A stretch of 64,000 nucleotides of DNA from an uncultured Bacteroidales bacterium (GTDB taxonomy: Bacteria > Bacteroidota > Bacteroidia > Bacteroidales > DTU049), in the NCBI GenBank assembly GCA_964428185.1, contig CAYRXH010000002.1, positions 19,651-83,650 on the forward strand, read 5' to 3'. Every line of letters begins with the position of its first letter. Position 1 is the first letter of the stretch. The notes under the pieces were generated by a model. It was not told the origin of the DNA and searched no databases. It worked only from the letters and a program-made list of their open reading frames with translations. Below, piece by piece: positions 37,969 through 49,400 of this stretch. Made by a program: the position numbers and the translations under genes.

Positions 37969-38732
37969 AAACAAGTTGTTTTTCAATGAACAGATTTTCA
38001 TTATTACTGCTCAGGCAGAAGATGCTTCATCTGAAAACATGGCTCATAGCTATGATATCGGTTGCAGGCTTTAATATGTTTATTGCATTTCTGACACAGA
38101 TGTCATCATCTGTGCCCGATGGCTGGATCAGTCCGTTTACAAATTTCGGAACAATAGCCTTTGTGATTATGGGATTGGTTTTTGCTTCAATGTCTTTTTC
38201 TGAGATGGGGACCTATTCCAGGAGTCTGCAGTTTGTAACCCTTCCGGCAAGCAGGTTTGAAAAATTTTTTACAGCATGGCTTGTTTCATCAGTCTTTTAC
38301 ATCATTTTTTCAATGGTGACTCTCTTTGCAACTTCTCTTGTCATGGCATTGATATCCATGGGGCTTTATGAAGGATCATTTCTCGTATTCAATCCTATAA
38401 CCCCCGAATTTGGAAAAGCGGTTATTGCGTTTTTTATTGCACATTCATTTTTCTTTCTTGGGGCTGTATGGTTTCGCAAGGCTGCTTTTTTTAAAACCTT
38501 GCTTGCATTATTTGTTATCAACATCATTATGAATGTCTGGATGACTATTTTATTCTTTCTCATCATTAATCCGTTTAAGTTGTTTACAAAAATGGGGCAG
38601 GTGGTTTATAAATTTGAAGGAATGATTTTTTCAGAGCATCTGATTTCGACTTTTGTGCTTGGATATTTCGGCATACTTGCTGCATTTATGCTACTTATTG
38701 CATGGGTGCGTTTTAAAGAAAGGGAGGTGTAA
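37965..38732 (+). CDS. multi-pass membrane protein (ABC-associated permease-like)
   Basis: 255 aa with about six hydrophobic helices. ATGA overlap with the ATPase stop. Confidence 0.65.
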   Translation: MKTSCFSMNRFSLLLLRQKMLHLKTWLIAMISVAGFNMFIAFLTQMSSSVPDGWISPFTNFGTIAFVIMGLVFASMSFSEMGTYSRSLQFVTLPASRFEKFFTAWLVSSVFYIIFSMVTLFATSLVMALISMGLYEGSFLVFNPITPEFGKAVIAFFIAHSFFFLGAVWFRKAAFFKTLLALFVINIIMNVWMTILFFLIINPFKLFTKMGQVVYKFEGMIFSEHLISTFVLGYFGILAAFMLLIAWVRFKEREV

Positions 38733-38733
38733 G

Positions 38734-39093
38734 ATGGAATTTGCCGATAAGCAAGCAATTTATCTGCAGATTGCCGAAAGGGTGTGTGAGTTCATTCTGT
38801 CAGGGCAATGGAAGGATGGAGAACGGATCCCGTCTGTCAGGGAAATTGCCGTAATGATGGAAGTGAATCCAAACACTGCAAACCGGGCGTATGATTATCT
38901 GCAGAGCAGGGGAGTCATTTTCAATAGAAGAGGAATCGGATATTTTGTTGCTGAGGATGGATATGTGAGGACCATAGAACTTCGCAGAACAGAATTCCTT
39001 GAAAATGATGTTCCCGCGTTTTTTAAAATGATGAAACTGTTGGGTTATTCCTGCAGCGATCTTGAAGAAATCTTGAAAAAATTAGATCACTAA
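38734..39093 (+). CDS. GntR family (YtrA-like, short) transcriptional regulator
   Basis: Winged-HTH IPSVREIAVMMEVNPNTANRAYDYLQSRGVIFNRRGIGYFV with a short C-terminal tail. The ATG lies 1 nt after the permease stop. Confidence 0.88.
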   Translation: MEFADKQAIYLQIAERVCEFILSGQWKDGERIPSVREIAVMMEVNPNTANRAYDYLQSRGVIFNRRGIGYFVAEDGYVRTIELRRTEFLENDVPAFFKMMKLLGYSCSDLEEILKKLDH

Positions 39094-39105
39094 AAATATT
39101 CAGCT

Positions 39106-39852
39106 ATGAAAAAAAGTACTGTAATGTTGTTGTCTGCACTTGTGGTAACAATGCTGGCAATGCTCGTTGCCATATTGTTGATTAACAGGTATGTTGAGAG
39201 AAATATTGAATATGGTAGCGGAAATTTTATTAAAAAGGAATATCAACAGGGAGAGTTTCAGAACATATCAGTTGCAGGATTGTTTGAGATTACGCTTAAA
39301 CAGGCATCTGTTCCAAAGGTCACTGTGACAACCCATGATAATTTTCAGAAGTATATTGCAGTTTCTGTCAGAAACAACACATTATTTGTGAGCAACAAAA
39401 ATGTTTTTCAGCCACTGGGATGCAAAATTGACATTCAAAGTCCGCAATTCAGCAGAATCAATCTGCAGGGAGGAACGCAATTGATTGTTCAGGACAGTAT
39501 TGTTTCCGAGAACTTATATATTTCTGCAGATGGTGGAGTTAATGCTAAAGTTACCGGAGTTTTCCAAAGTCTCAATGTGATCGTTTCAGCCGGTTCTTCA
39601 GTCACACTGAGGGGGAGTTCAGAGTTTGCTGAATTTGATATTTCAGCAGGATCAAATCTGATGGCTGTTCAAATGCCTGTCGATTCGTGCAATATTACTT
39701 CTAATGCAGGCTCTGATGCTGAGATTTTTGTAACAGGAATTCTCAGTGCAAATGTGCTTGCCGGAAGTACAGTGATCTATCATGGAAATCCTGAAACAGG
39801 TGCAATGAATGTGGAATCAGGAGGATCTTTGGTGCCGAAGAGGGATGATTAA
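39106..39852 (+). CDS. DUF2807/GIN-domain (putative auto-transporter adhesin head-like) protein
   Basis: 248 aa with an N-terminal TM anchor, followed by repetitive beta-strand units (...GSSVTLRGSSEFAEFDISAGSNL...AGSTVIYHGNPE). Confidence 0.65.
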   Translation: MKKSTVMLLSALVVTMLAMLVAILLINRYVERNIEYGSGNFIKKEYQQGEFQNISVAGLFEITLKQASVPKVTVTTHDNFQKYIAVSVRNNTLFVSNKNVFQPLGCKIDIQSPQFSRINLQGGTQLIVQDSIVSENLYISADGGVNAKVTGVFQSLNVIVSAGSSVTLRGSSEFAEFDISAGSNLMAVQMPVDSCNITSNAGSDAEIFVTGILSANVLAGSTVIYHGNPETGAMNVESGGSLVPKRDD

Positions 39853-40106
39853 AAGATTAAGCCTAAGGCTTCACTTATCCCAAGCCAAAGGCTTCCCTAT
39901 GGGATAGGGACTCCTTTGTAGCAATATTCAATATTCATGATTCTATACCTTTTCCCTTATACACTTATACTTTATACCCTTTTACCACCTCTATACCCAT
40001 ATACCCCTTACCCGCCTGTCAGTTCGAGTAGACCACGTTGTGGTCGTATCGAGAACATGTTGCCACTTCTCGATACACCCGCTGATGCGGGTACTCGAAG
40101 TGACAC
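39846..40106 (+). repeat. structured intergenic element, copy B (87-nt four-helix core 40018-40104)
   Basis: Aligns with 23707-24065. The core differs from copy A at 4 of the first 59 nt plus a replaced fourth hairpin. Confidence 0.75.
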
Positions 40107-40255
40107 TTTAAGTAGCTTTTGATTTTTACCCTCACAATGCCATTTCCCCTTTAGGGGCAAGTGGCAAATGCGAATGTTCAAAAAAATCAAAAACATATCA
40201 TCGCCTTATAGTTTGGCAAAACAAGACCACGGAAAGAGAAGGATCTCATTCATTT

Positions 40256-40371
40256 GTGATACTTCGGGATTGAGAATATTCAGCCATAGGCTAGGTTTCT
40301 CGCAACAATCCCTATGTATGACAACAGTGTCAGTTCGTTTAGATGCAAAATATCGTATCGAGAAGTGTCAC
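40256..40371 (-). repeat. inverted, truncated third copy of the same element (flanking hairpin 40259-40319 plus partial core)
   Basis: Matches the reverse complement of 24061-24140 (atacttcgggattg, gccatag, caatccct.tgtatgaca) and continues into gtgtcagttcg...gtatcgagaagtg. Confidence 0.65.
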
Positions 40372-40400
40372 TTATTGGATATATAAATAGGTTATTAAAT

Positions 40401-40430
40401 AAAAAGGTTGCAGGAAACGGCAACCTTTTT
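40401..40430. terminator. bidirectional rho-independent terminator
   Basis: aaaaaggttgc-aggaaacg-gcaaccttttt. Lies 20 nt downstream of the giant gene's stop, between convergent transcription units. Confidence 0.85.
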
Positions 40431-40449
40431 GTTGGTTGTTATTGTCGTA

Positions 40450-43400
40450 TTATTCTTTTACCATTTTTCGTGTAAGTTGTTTTTGGTCAAAAGTAATAGA
40501 GTAGTAGTAGAGACCGGCTGCCATTGAACGTGTATTCAGAAGAATTGCATGTTGTCCTGTAGCATAGTCAGCACTTTCAGAGTAAATGGTTTCACCAAGA
40601 ATATTAGTCACTGTGAAAACAACCTGTCCTGCTTCCGGGATGGTGAATCCGATAGTTGTTTCATCAGCAGCGGGATTTGGTATGTTCTGCATCAGAATAA
40701 TTCCGTCAAGGCTGAGTTCTTCCACTCCGATAATCATTCCCTGGCAGAACTGATCATTAGTGGTAATGGCGTCACCTGCTATTGCAGTTTTTGCGCAAAG
40801 CTGGTAGTCAGCCGAAGGACTTGTAAATGTAGTAACAAAAGTATAATCGGTTTCAGCTCCGGGAGCCAAAGGTGTGGTAATCAGTTCGGTTGTTTGAGGA
40901 ACTCCGTCAATAAGGAACTGAACAGGGACTGAGTTGAGTGTTTGCAATCCATGGTTTTTCACACGAATAGTAACAGTGACATTCTGACCTGCCCAGGTGA
41001 AACCTGAAGGACTGATAATTGAGATCACTCCACCATCAATATTTGCGGGTCCTGCATTTAAGGTAACACATGTAGTGTCATTGAAATCGTATGTATCACC
41101 GCTGAGGTTTGTCCAAGAGCATAGGTCATAGACACTCTGGAACGGGCCTGTAAATGTAGTTGGGAAGGTGAATGATGTTTCAGCATCAGGAGCCAGCGAA
41201 CCAGTCCATGTACCGTTCACCGGAGGTGCACCTGTCATCAGTCTGTAAGTTACAGGAATTGATGTCAGAGTTTGAGTACCGAAGTTTTTCAGTCTTACAG
41301 TCACCTGATTCTGTGCGCCTGTTGCAGATTGTCCCACGGGAGCTTCAATTGCAATCACACCTGCATCATTGGGTATCTGAGGCTGGTAGATTGTAAAGTC
41401 ATCAACAGCCCATCCATTATATGTTACAGATGCATTTGAAAAGAAATGGAATCTGAACTGAACAGGAAGCGGGAAGTAATCAAATGCAGAAAGGCTGATT
41501 TCTGAATACTGCCATCCTGCAGATGAACCTGAGAATCCGGGAGCACTTGCAATGTTAGCAGTATTATACCAGTTGGTTCCTGTTGGATCATTGAGAACAC
41601 CCAAAGTGAGCCATGTGGAACCACCGTTGGTTGAATACTGAATCTTGCCACCGTCAACACCGTTTTCAGTGTCAAGCCAGTGCCAGAATCCAAGAGCCAT
41701 ATTGTTTACATTGCTGAAATTAAACTTGGGAGTGTATAAATAGTAGTTGCTGTTGTTATTGTAGTTCCCATTGAGTAGAGTTGCCCAGGCATTAACGGGG
41801 CTGTAGGCAGAATCAATCACTGTTGCACTTGGTATTCCAAGTTGCCACTGATTGTTGGTTCCGGCAATATACCAGTAATTTGTTGATTCAAAATCATCAA
41901 AGTATGGTACTGACAATACAGGAAGTCCGTATCTGTTTTCGCAGATTTCGTTGTTGCCGGGAATGCCGTCGCCTGCCAGATCTGTTCTTACACAGATTGT
42001 GTAATCGCCATCAGGGACAGTAAACGGAGTAGTAAATGTATAAATGTCTTCCTCATCAGCGGCAATTGATCCTGTCCATGTTTCGGTCACAGGTATGCCG
42101 CCATTGATTGTATATGATACAGGAACAGATGTGAGTGTGGAAGAACCGTAGTTTTTAATGGTAATCTGCATATTGATAGCTGATCCGCCATCTTCCATAG
42201 CATCCACGTTGTCAATTGATACGGCTCCTGCATCCAGAGGAGCAAGGATACGGATGTTGATGTCATCAATGTATGAATACCAGTTTGCAGCAGGGCTATA
42301 TGCATACCATCCGAAGTAATATATTCCGCTGGTCGTAGGTGTATAAATTGCAGTTGCAAGCTGATGAGTTGTGTTGGTAAAGAGTTGCAGCTGAAGTAAA
42401 GTGTCAATAACTGCTGTGTTTATCGGATCAGTTGCTACAACCAGGTCAGTGTTCTGGGCATATGTTGCACTTTCAGCACGATACCAGAAGTCAATCTTGT
42501 ATGCAGTGCCGGCTTCAAGATAGAAGCATTCGCTGAAGAGATAGTCATTTCCGGGATTGGTGCTGCCATTATAGAATCGTGCTGATTTGGATCCTGTGTG
42601 AGCAAAGGTTGTACTGTTATAACCTGGTTCCCAGGTACGGGCGTCACTGTTCAGGTCGAGGACTGTCCACTGACTGTAATCTTCACCGACTTCGAATCCC
42701 ATAAAGTAATCAGATGAATAGAAGTCATGACCTGATTTAATCGTGTAGGTAAGAGTATCATTGAATGCAATTCCGTCACCTGCCAGGTCCACTTCGAAGT
42801 ATATTTCATATACGCCGGGAGCAGATAAGTCAGCAGTTTGAGTAAATGCATAGTCAGTAACATCTCCTACTACAAGAGTGTCAGACCAGACCTCTGAAAC
42901 GGGAGTGCCTCCATTGATTGAGTACGATACATTCATAGAGAAGATTGTATCAAGCCCCAGATTTTTCACTCTGACAGTGATGATTTCAGCATTGCTTAAT
43001 CCGCAGCCTGCAATGGGAGAGATTCCCTGTACAACAGCAGCATCAATGCTGGCAGGAGTGTATTCATCCGCACCGATTGCAGGAGCTACAGGATCACGAA
43101 GATCACCATCAAAGTCATCGGAAATTTCAATGATGGGAGTGCCACTAGCCCAAAGTTGTGTGGTTGAAGCATGAAGATCTGTAGGAGAATAGTAGAAAGG
43201 ATTCCCTACTTGTGAGTTGAGGTCGTTTCCTGCAGGTGCATTCACTGACTGCAAAGCTGTTAGGTCTGCTCTTGCTGCTCCGTAGTAGACAAAATTTGTT
43301 CCGGTGCTATAATAGTTATTGTAGTCATGCGCCAAATAGTTGGTTGTCCCTACTGAATAGTGAGCATAACCGGCACCTGTTCCTGTAAAGGCGAGGGAGT

Positions 43401-46400
43401 TATTGCGGAAATCTGTTTGTGTTGCAGTTGAATTAATATAAGTAGCACGTCCGGTAATTCCGTTCATATTTATACTATTATACCACACATTGACTTTTTC
43501 AACAGTGGTAATATATAACCCTGTTGCTGTTGAAGCAGTTGAAGTAAATCCACCACCAATCATATTGTTTGAAATTGTTGAAGGAATTGTAGTTGGAATT
43601 GCTGATGTTGCAGTAACATATATACCGTAGGCACCAACATTTGTGATCTTGTTTTTATTGATTTCAAAAGGAGGAGCAATATTGGAATGGTAGATGCCGT
43701 AACTTGAAGTGGTGGTTGTTGGAAGAGTTCGTCCAATAACAATGTTGCTGTTGACTTTGGCCTGATCAAGTTGCAGTACATAGATGCTATAATAATACTG
43801 GTCTTTTAAAGTATTGTTGATGATTTCCACATCCTGCATTCTGGAAGCTGAGAGACCATAAAGGATAATTCCGTAGTATCCTCCGTTGATTGTGTTGCCG
43901 TCAAGAAGCAAATCAGTGACTGCATTTCCTCCTGTTGTTGCAGAAGTGGCGCTGCCGCTGGCTACAAAGCCGGCATAGTTCGTTGAACTTGCTGTTGTGT
44001 TAGTGTTCAATGTACAATTTGTAAACTGAATATCTTCGCAGCCATTCATCAGATGAACTGCCCATCCATATGTGGCATTTGCTTCTGCCTCAATGGTCAG
44101 GTTTTCAAACCTCATGTGTTTTGCACTGTCCAGTTTTAAAACATAGCGTTCTGCATTTACTGATGGACCATAGGATAAAACTGCATTGCCGTTACCAACG
44201 AATGTAATAGTATTGGTAGCGTCTGTGCCGGGAATATCATTCAATCTGACTTGTTCATAATAAGTACCCTGTTCTACAATAAATGTAACAGGACAACTGA
44301 TCCCCCAGTTTTGCAAACCATTTACTGCTTCGTTAAATGTTGTAAAGTCAGGATTTGTACCGCCGATATGATACACACCACACAGAGGTTCGTATGCTTC
44401 AAGCTGATAGTAGGCTGTATCATTGATGTTGATCAGATCAGTTCCACCATTGGGACTTTCTGTCCATGCAATGATTTCATTGTTCCCTAATAAAAATGTT
44501 GTAGATCCGATTGTAATATCAGTGGCAGTTTCGCCGGTCGCAAGAATTCCTGTCCAGTTATATGGAGTCTGCGCTAAGCCGTTGACAGTCCAGTGAATTT
44601 CAACAGCAGTAAGAGTATCTGATCCGTAGTTCTGAATGGTAACCTTTACATCATTAGCTTGCAGGTTGGCCGGATCAAATGGTTCGTCAATTGATACTAC
44701 GCCAGCATCAAGGTTGGGGATGCTTGTTGTGTCAATAATTGCCCATACTTCGGCACGGTCACTTTCGCAACCACCAGCAACTGATTCATAGAAAAATTCA
44801 CCGTTGAACATTCTGAGGTTGTTTGTGCCTCCGAAAGGAGAGCAGAGTCCAATTCCACTTTCAAATGATAAAGTAGAGTTGGCAACTACAGTAGTTGAGG
44901 TAACATTTGTGTAATTGGCATTATACTGTACATATATTCCCATGAGTTGTTCGTTGGGGAGAATTAAATCATCACATTGAAAATAGACCGGAACATCTAT
45001 GGTTGCATTTACGGTATATGTTCCAAGAAGTGTCCAGTTACCGGGTGTGAGTTCGGATCCAAGATATGTACCTGTTTTGTAATAAATACTGACAGGGAGT
45101 GCAGCATCTGAAGAGTTGGGAAGTATTTTCATGCCTGTGATTTTAATATCACCATCAATTGCTGTTAGGTTAAACATATTTCCACCTCCGCAGCCATTGC
45201 CCATTGCATATGAAATTTCAAGAGAATCTTCAACAAAAGTACCTTCACTTGCGCCCACATAATATGGAGTATTCGCATATAGGATTGGGGTCACATACAC
45301 TGCTCCGGTATCAATTACAACATCTGAAGTTGGAGAGTCGTACCATTTGAGCATATATGTGGAAGAGGCTGTGAGGGTTGCCTGTGTTGCATAGGGGATT
45401 GTGTCATTTTCAACGAGAGGCAAGGGAGCAATAAATCCTAAAGTTGCTGATTTACTTGTTGTATCATTCAGCTGATACCAGTCACCCGGATGTTCAACCC
45501 AAGCTGTGATTGTTATTGTTGTATCCCCGGTGGTGAGGTTTAAATCAAACGTTGTTGCAAATGTATAATCTGCAGTATCTCCGGGAGCAACAGTGATTGT
45601 TACGTTTTCTGTAACAGGAGTGCCACTGTCTATCTGATAAGAAGCAGTGAGTCCTGACATAATGGTATCTGTTCCGAGATTTGTAAATCTTATGCTGACT
45701 TCATTTGCATCACTTGAACAATCTTCATTAAGAGGATTAACGACTTCAACAATGGAAGGTTCATATTGTGGAAGAGTGACGTGAGCAGTTACAGGGACCC
45801 TTTCGCTTGAGCAGCCAGGTGCACCAACCTCCCAGTTGTAAAAATAATAATAAAGATCGTTTCTCGGAGTGTTTGTGGGATGTGCTGTAAGTGTACTAGT
45901 GTTGAGGGTAATTATCCCTGGTATTGAAAACGGATAGCCATAGTTCCCGGATGGAGCTGATGCTGATGGTTCAAACAGGAGACCTGAAATACCAGTAAAA
46001 GCTGGTCGCATTTTAAGATTGGTCCCTATCTGAAGATTGAAGTCTAGCTGAATGACATGGGGAGAAGGTGTTCCTGCAGGACCACCGGTAACATTCGCAG
46101 TTGTAGTATGTAAAACAGTTCCCGTTCCATCAATAATATCAATGGTTACTGTTCCTGAAGCACTGGTTGCACTCACAGGATAAACTGTAACTGATTTCAG
46201 AAGTGTCGGTGAGAAAACATCAAAGACAATCCCGAAATTTGTAGTGCCAGTTCCACTTGTGGCAGTTGGAAGTGCAGCAGGTAATCCGATATTCTGTAGT
46301 GTGCTGTTTGATGATTCAGCCCAATAGGTTGTAGTAACAAAGAGAGGAGGTGTATTTAACGTATCTCCCTGATGAATTGATGCCTGAGATAAAGAATCGG

Positions 46401-49400
46401 GAAACCAGTAGATTGTAGAGTTTGAACTTGCAATGAGCTCAGCAGGATAGCCATAATTAATATAGTCATCCTGAACAACAGGAGTATCAGGAACAAACCT
46501 GAATGTTTTTGTGATTTGTAGAGAATCATTGTCATGATATGGGTCTCCAGAAATATTGACGAATGTATTCAGTACAAAAGTTGTATCACTTGTGATTAAT
46601 CCGAAGTTCAGAGGGGTAGTGAATGTGAAACTTGCTGTGTCATAGGTAGGAATCGTCAGAGTAACAACTTCATTAACAGGAGTTCCTCCGTCAACAGTAT
46701 AGCTTGCATTGAAAGCGAAAACGGTATCAATACCGGTATTTGTAATATTAATGGTAACAAATTCATCTTCTCCGTTATGGCACAATTCATCATCTGGTGA
46801 TGTAATATCAATGACTGACAGATTGTAAGGGGGAATGTTCACTGTAATAAATACAGTGTCAGTGAAAGTACCACATGTGTTGGTAAAGGTAGCAACGTAA
46901 TCATACTGTCCGTTCACAGTCCATGTCCCTACAACAGTATCGGTATTGTTCACACTAGTGATAATACCTTCCAGACTCCAGTCGAACCCCGATAATGAAG
47001 CCGGAGCGGGAGGTGTAACATTGTTATTGAGGATATTAGGATTCTGTGGCGAAGTTCCTGAGTTGATCCAGTTTGTAGCATCATTTGTATATGGTCCTTC
47101 CAGCCTGTTTCCGGCACTGCTGACTGCAGGAGTGGTGCCGGTCCAGATATCAGGAGTGATTCCGGCGGCAACAGGGAAAGTCATATTTCCGTAAACTACG
47201 GCATCAACGATATCACCTTCGGTGTCTTTAATGACATAACCCTGTGGAATTGTTGAACTTAAGGTTGCAGTATGTCCGGAATGGTAATAGAAATTAGCAG
47301 GACTTGGAACACTACTTCCAAGTTGTCCAGTTGCAATAATACATATTCCGTTCGGGCTTAATACAGTACCAGGGGCAAGAATTTGTGCACCTGCAAGTGC
47401 TGATGATGACCAGATTTCAAGAGTATACCCGGAGATATCAGTATTGGGAGATCCGGTAATTTCAATATAATCGTCAGCAATCAGATATGAAGGCCATCCG
47501 CCAGAAGGAGCTCCGGTTGAGGAGCCTGCGTATTGACAGACTTCAGTGATAAATACTGAAGATGAAGGAAACATATTTGAAGTAACAGATAAATCAACTG
47601 TTTCTCCGGGAAGCATGACAGTAAATGAGTCAGGTGATGCATTGAACGTATATGCAGGGACAACAATGGAAAATGCAGGAGATAATGTATCATTGATAGT
47701 AAAAAAGTTGAGCATACTTGGTTCAATGAATGCATTGAGTGTGTATGTGCCGGGAACAGACATGTCAATTCCGTCATCTGATAAAATCAAATCCGCTCCG
47801 GGATTGAGTTTTCCTGTTGAAACAGTGATGGTTCCGTTTGTATTTACCGGACCAGTGACATTCCATGTGATTTGAAGTGGGAAGATACTGAAATCTGCTG
47901 TATCACCAATGATATTGCTGATAGTAAGATATAGACTGTCGTTATTGTTTAAACAAAGACCTCTAATAAGTTCGCCGTTGGTAATGCCAAGGTCGTGAGC
48001 CACAGGTGTGTATTCAACACAACCGATATCGGGAGTTGATGGGTCTCGGGGATTACCAAAGAAGTCAACTGTAATTCCTGCAATTGGAGTAGCTTTGCCA
48101 TCAAGTTGTGGTCCCAGAGGTTGAAGATCAAGAGGAGAAGAAAACACTGGGTCACCAACATATGAATTAAGATCATTTCCTGCAGGTATATTGACAGCTT
48201 GCAGAGCTGCAAGATTTGCACGTGCTGCTCCGTAATAGACGAAGTTGGCACCGTTGCTGTAGTAGTTGTTGTAATTATGAGCTACAACACTTGCAGTTGA
48301 TTGAACATTAGTGGCGTAGCCTGTAGTGCCTCCGTAATATCCAAATGAGTTATTTCTGATGTTGAGGTTGGTAACACCTGATACGACATATAGACTTCTT
48401 CCTGCCCCGGCAATGTTCACATAAACTGTATTGTAATAAATGCCGATATTTCCGCCTGAAGATAAATAAATTCCTGAAGGGGTTGCAGCTCTGAAGCCTC
48501 CGCCAATCATGTTGTTGGCAATGATTGATTGTCCTGAAGGTGCTGTGGATGAAATCACATAAATACCATAGGTGCCGGCATTGATAATCTTATTTCTGTT
48601 TACATCAAAATTACCATAATCATAACCTACATAAATTGCATAATGTAATGTGGTTCCACCAGTAGTACGTGCATCACAGAAATTCCCAATTATTTTGGAA
48701 GAGTTGACATAAGAATTTCTTACATTGTAATAATAAGCATTGTTCAGTGTGTTGTTGAGAATCTCAATTCCTGTAAGAGGTGTTGCGCTTGCACCGTTAA
48801 AGCTTATGCTGTAGTATCCGCCATTGATAGTATTGTTTTCAATTAAAATGTTATTGGCAGAATTTCCTGTTGTAGTTGCTGAAGTAGCCGACCCTGAAGC
48901 AATAATACCTGAATGATCAGATAAAGTTGATGTGCTGTGAACATTAATAGTACAGTTTGTAATTTCAATGTATTCTGTCTGGTTGGTCATAAAAAATGCC
49001 CACCCGTACGTTGAAGTATTTGGAATTGTTACCGTCAAACTGTCAAATCTCAAGTATTTTGCTCCGTTCATGTAAATGGCGGCACGATCAGCTGAAACAG
49101 TAGTCGTATACTGAATCATTGTTCCTGTGGTACCTCTGAAAGTAATAGTATTTGTAGATGAAGCACCGGGAAAAACACCGTTAAACACCAATCGGGTGTT
49201 AAAGGTGTCAGCAGCTACTTCAAAAACTACCGGACCATTGACGCCGCAATTTGTCAAAGCCATCATTGCATCGTCAAAAGACTGGAAGTTGGTGCCACCT
49301 GTCACCATTGAACTGTCAATGGTATAGGTTCCGCTGAGGATTGACTGGCATGCCCAGAGATTGACCAATGAAGTATCATTATTATTGTTGAGGTCAATTC

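Noticed and set aside
40078-40096. CTGATG in the fourth hairpin of copy B, as a possible hammerhead ribozyme core.
   Set aside because: The full CUGAUGA...GAAA...UH core and three-stem geometry are not present. Copy A lacks the CTGATG altogether.
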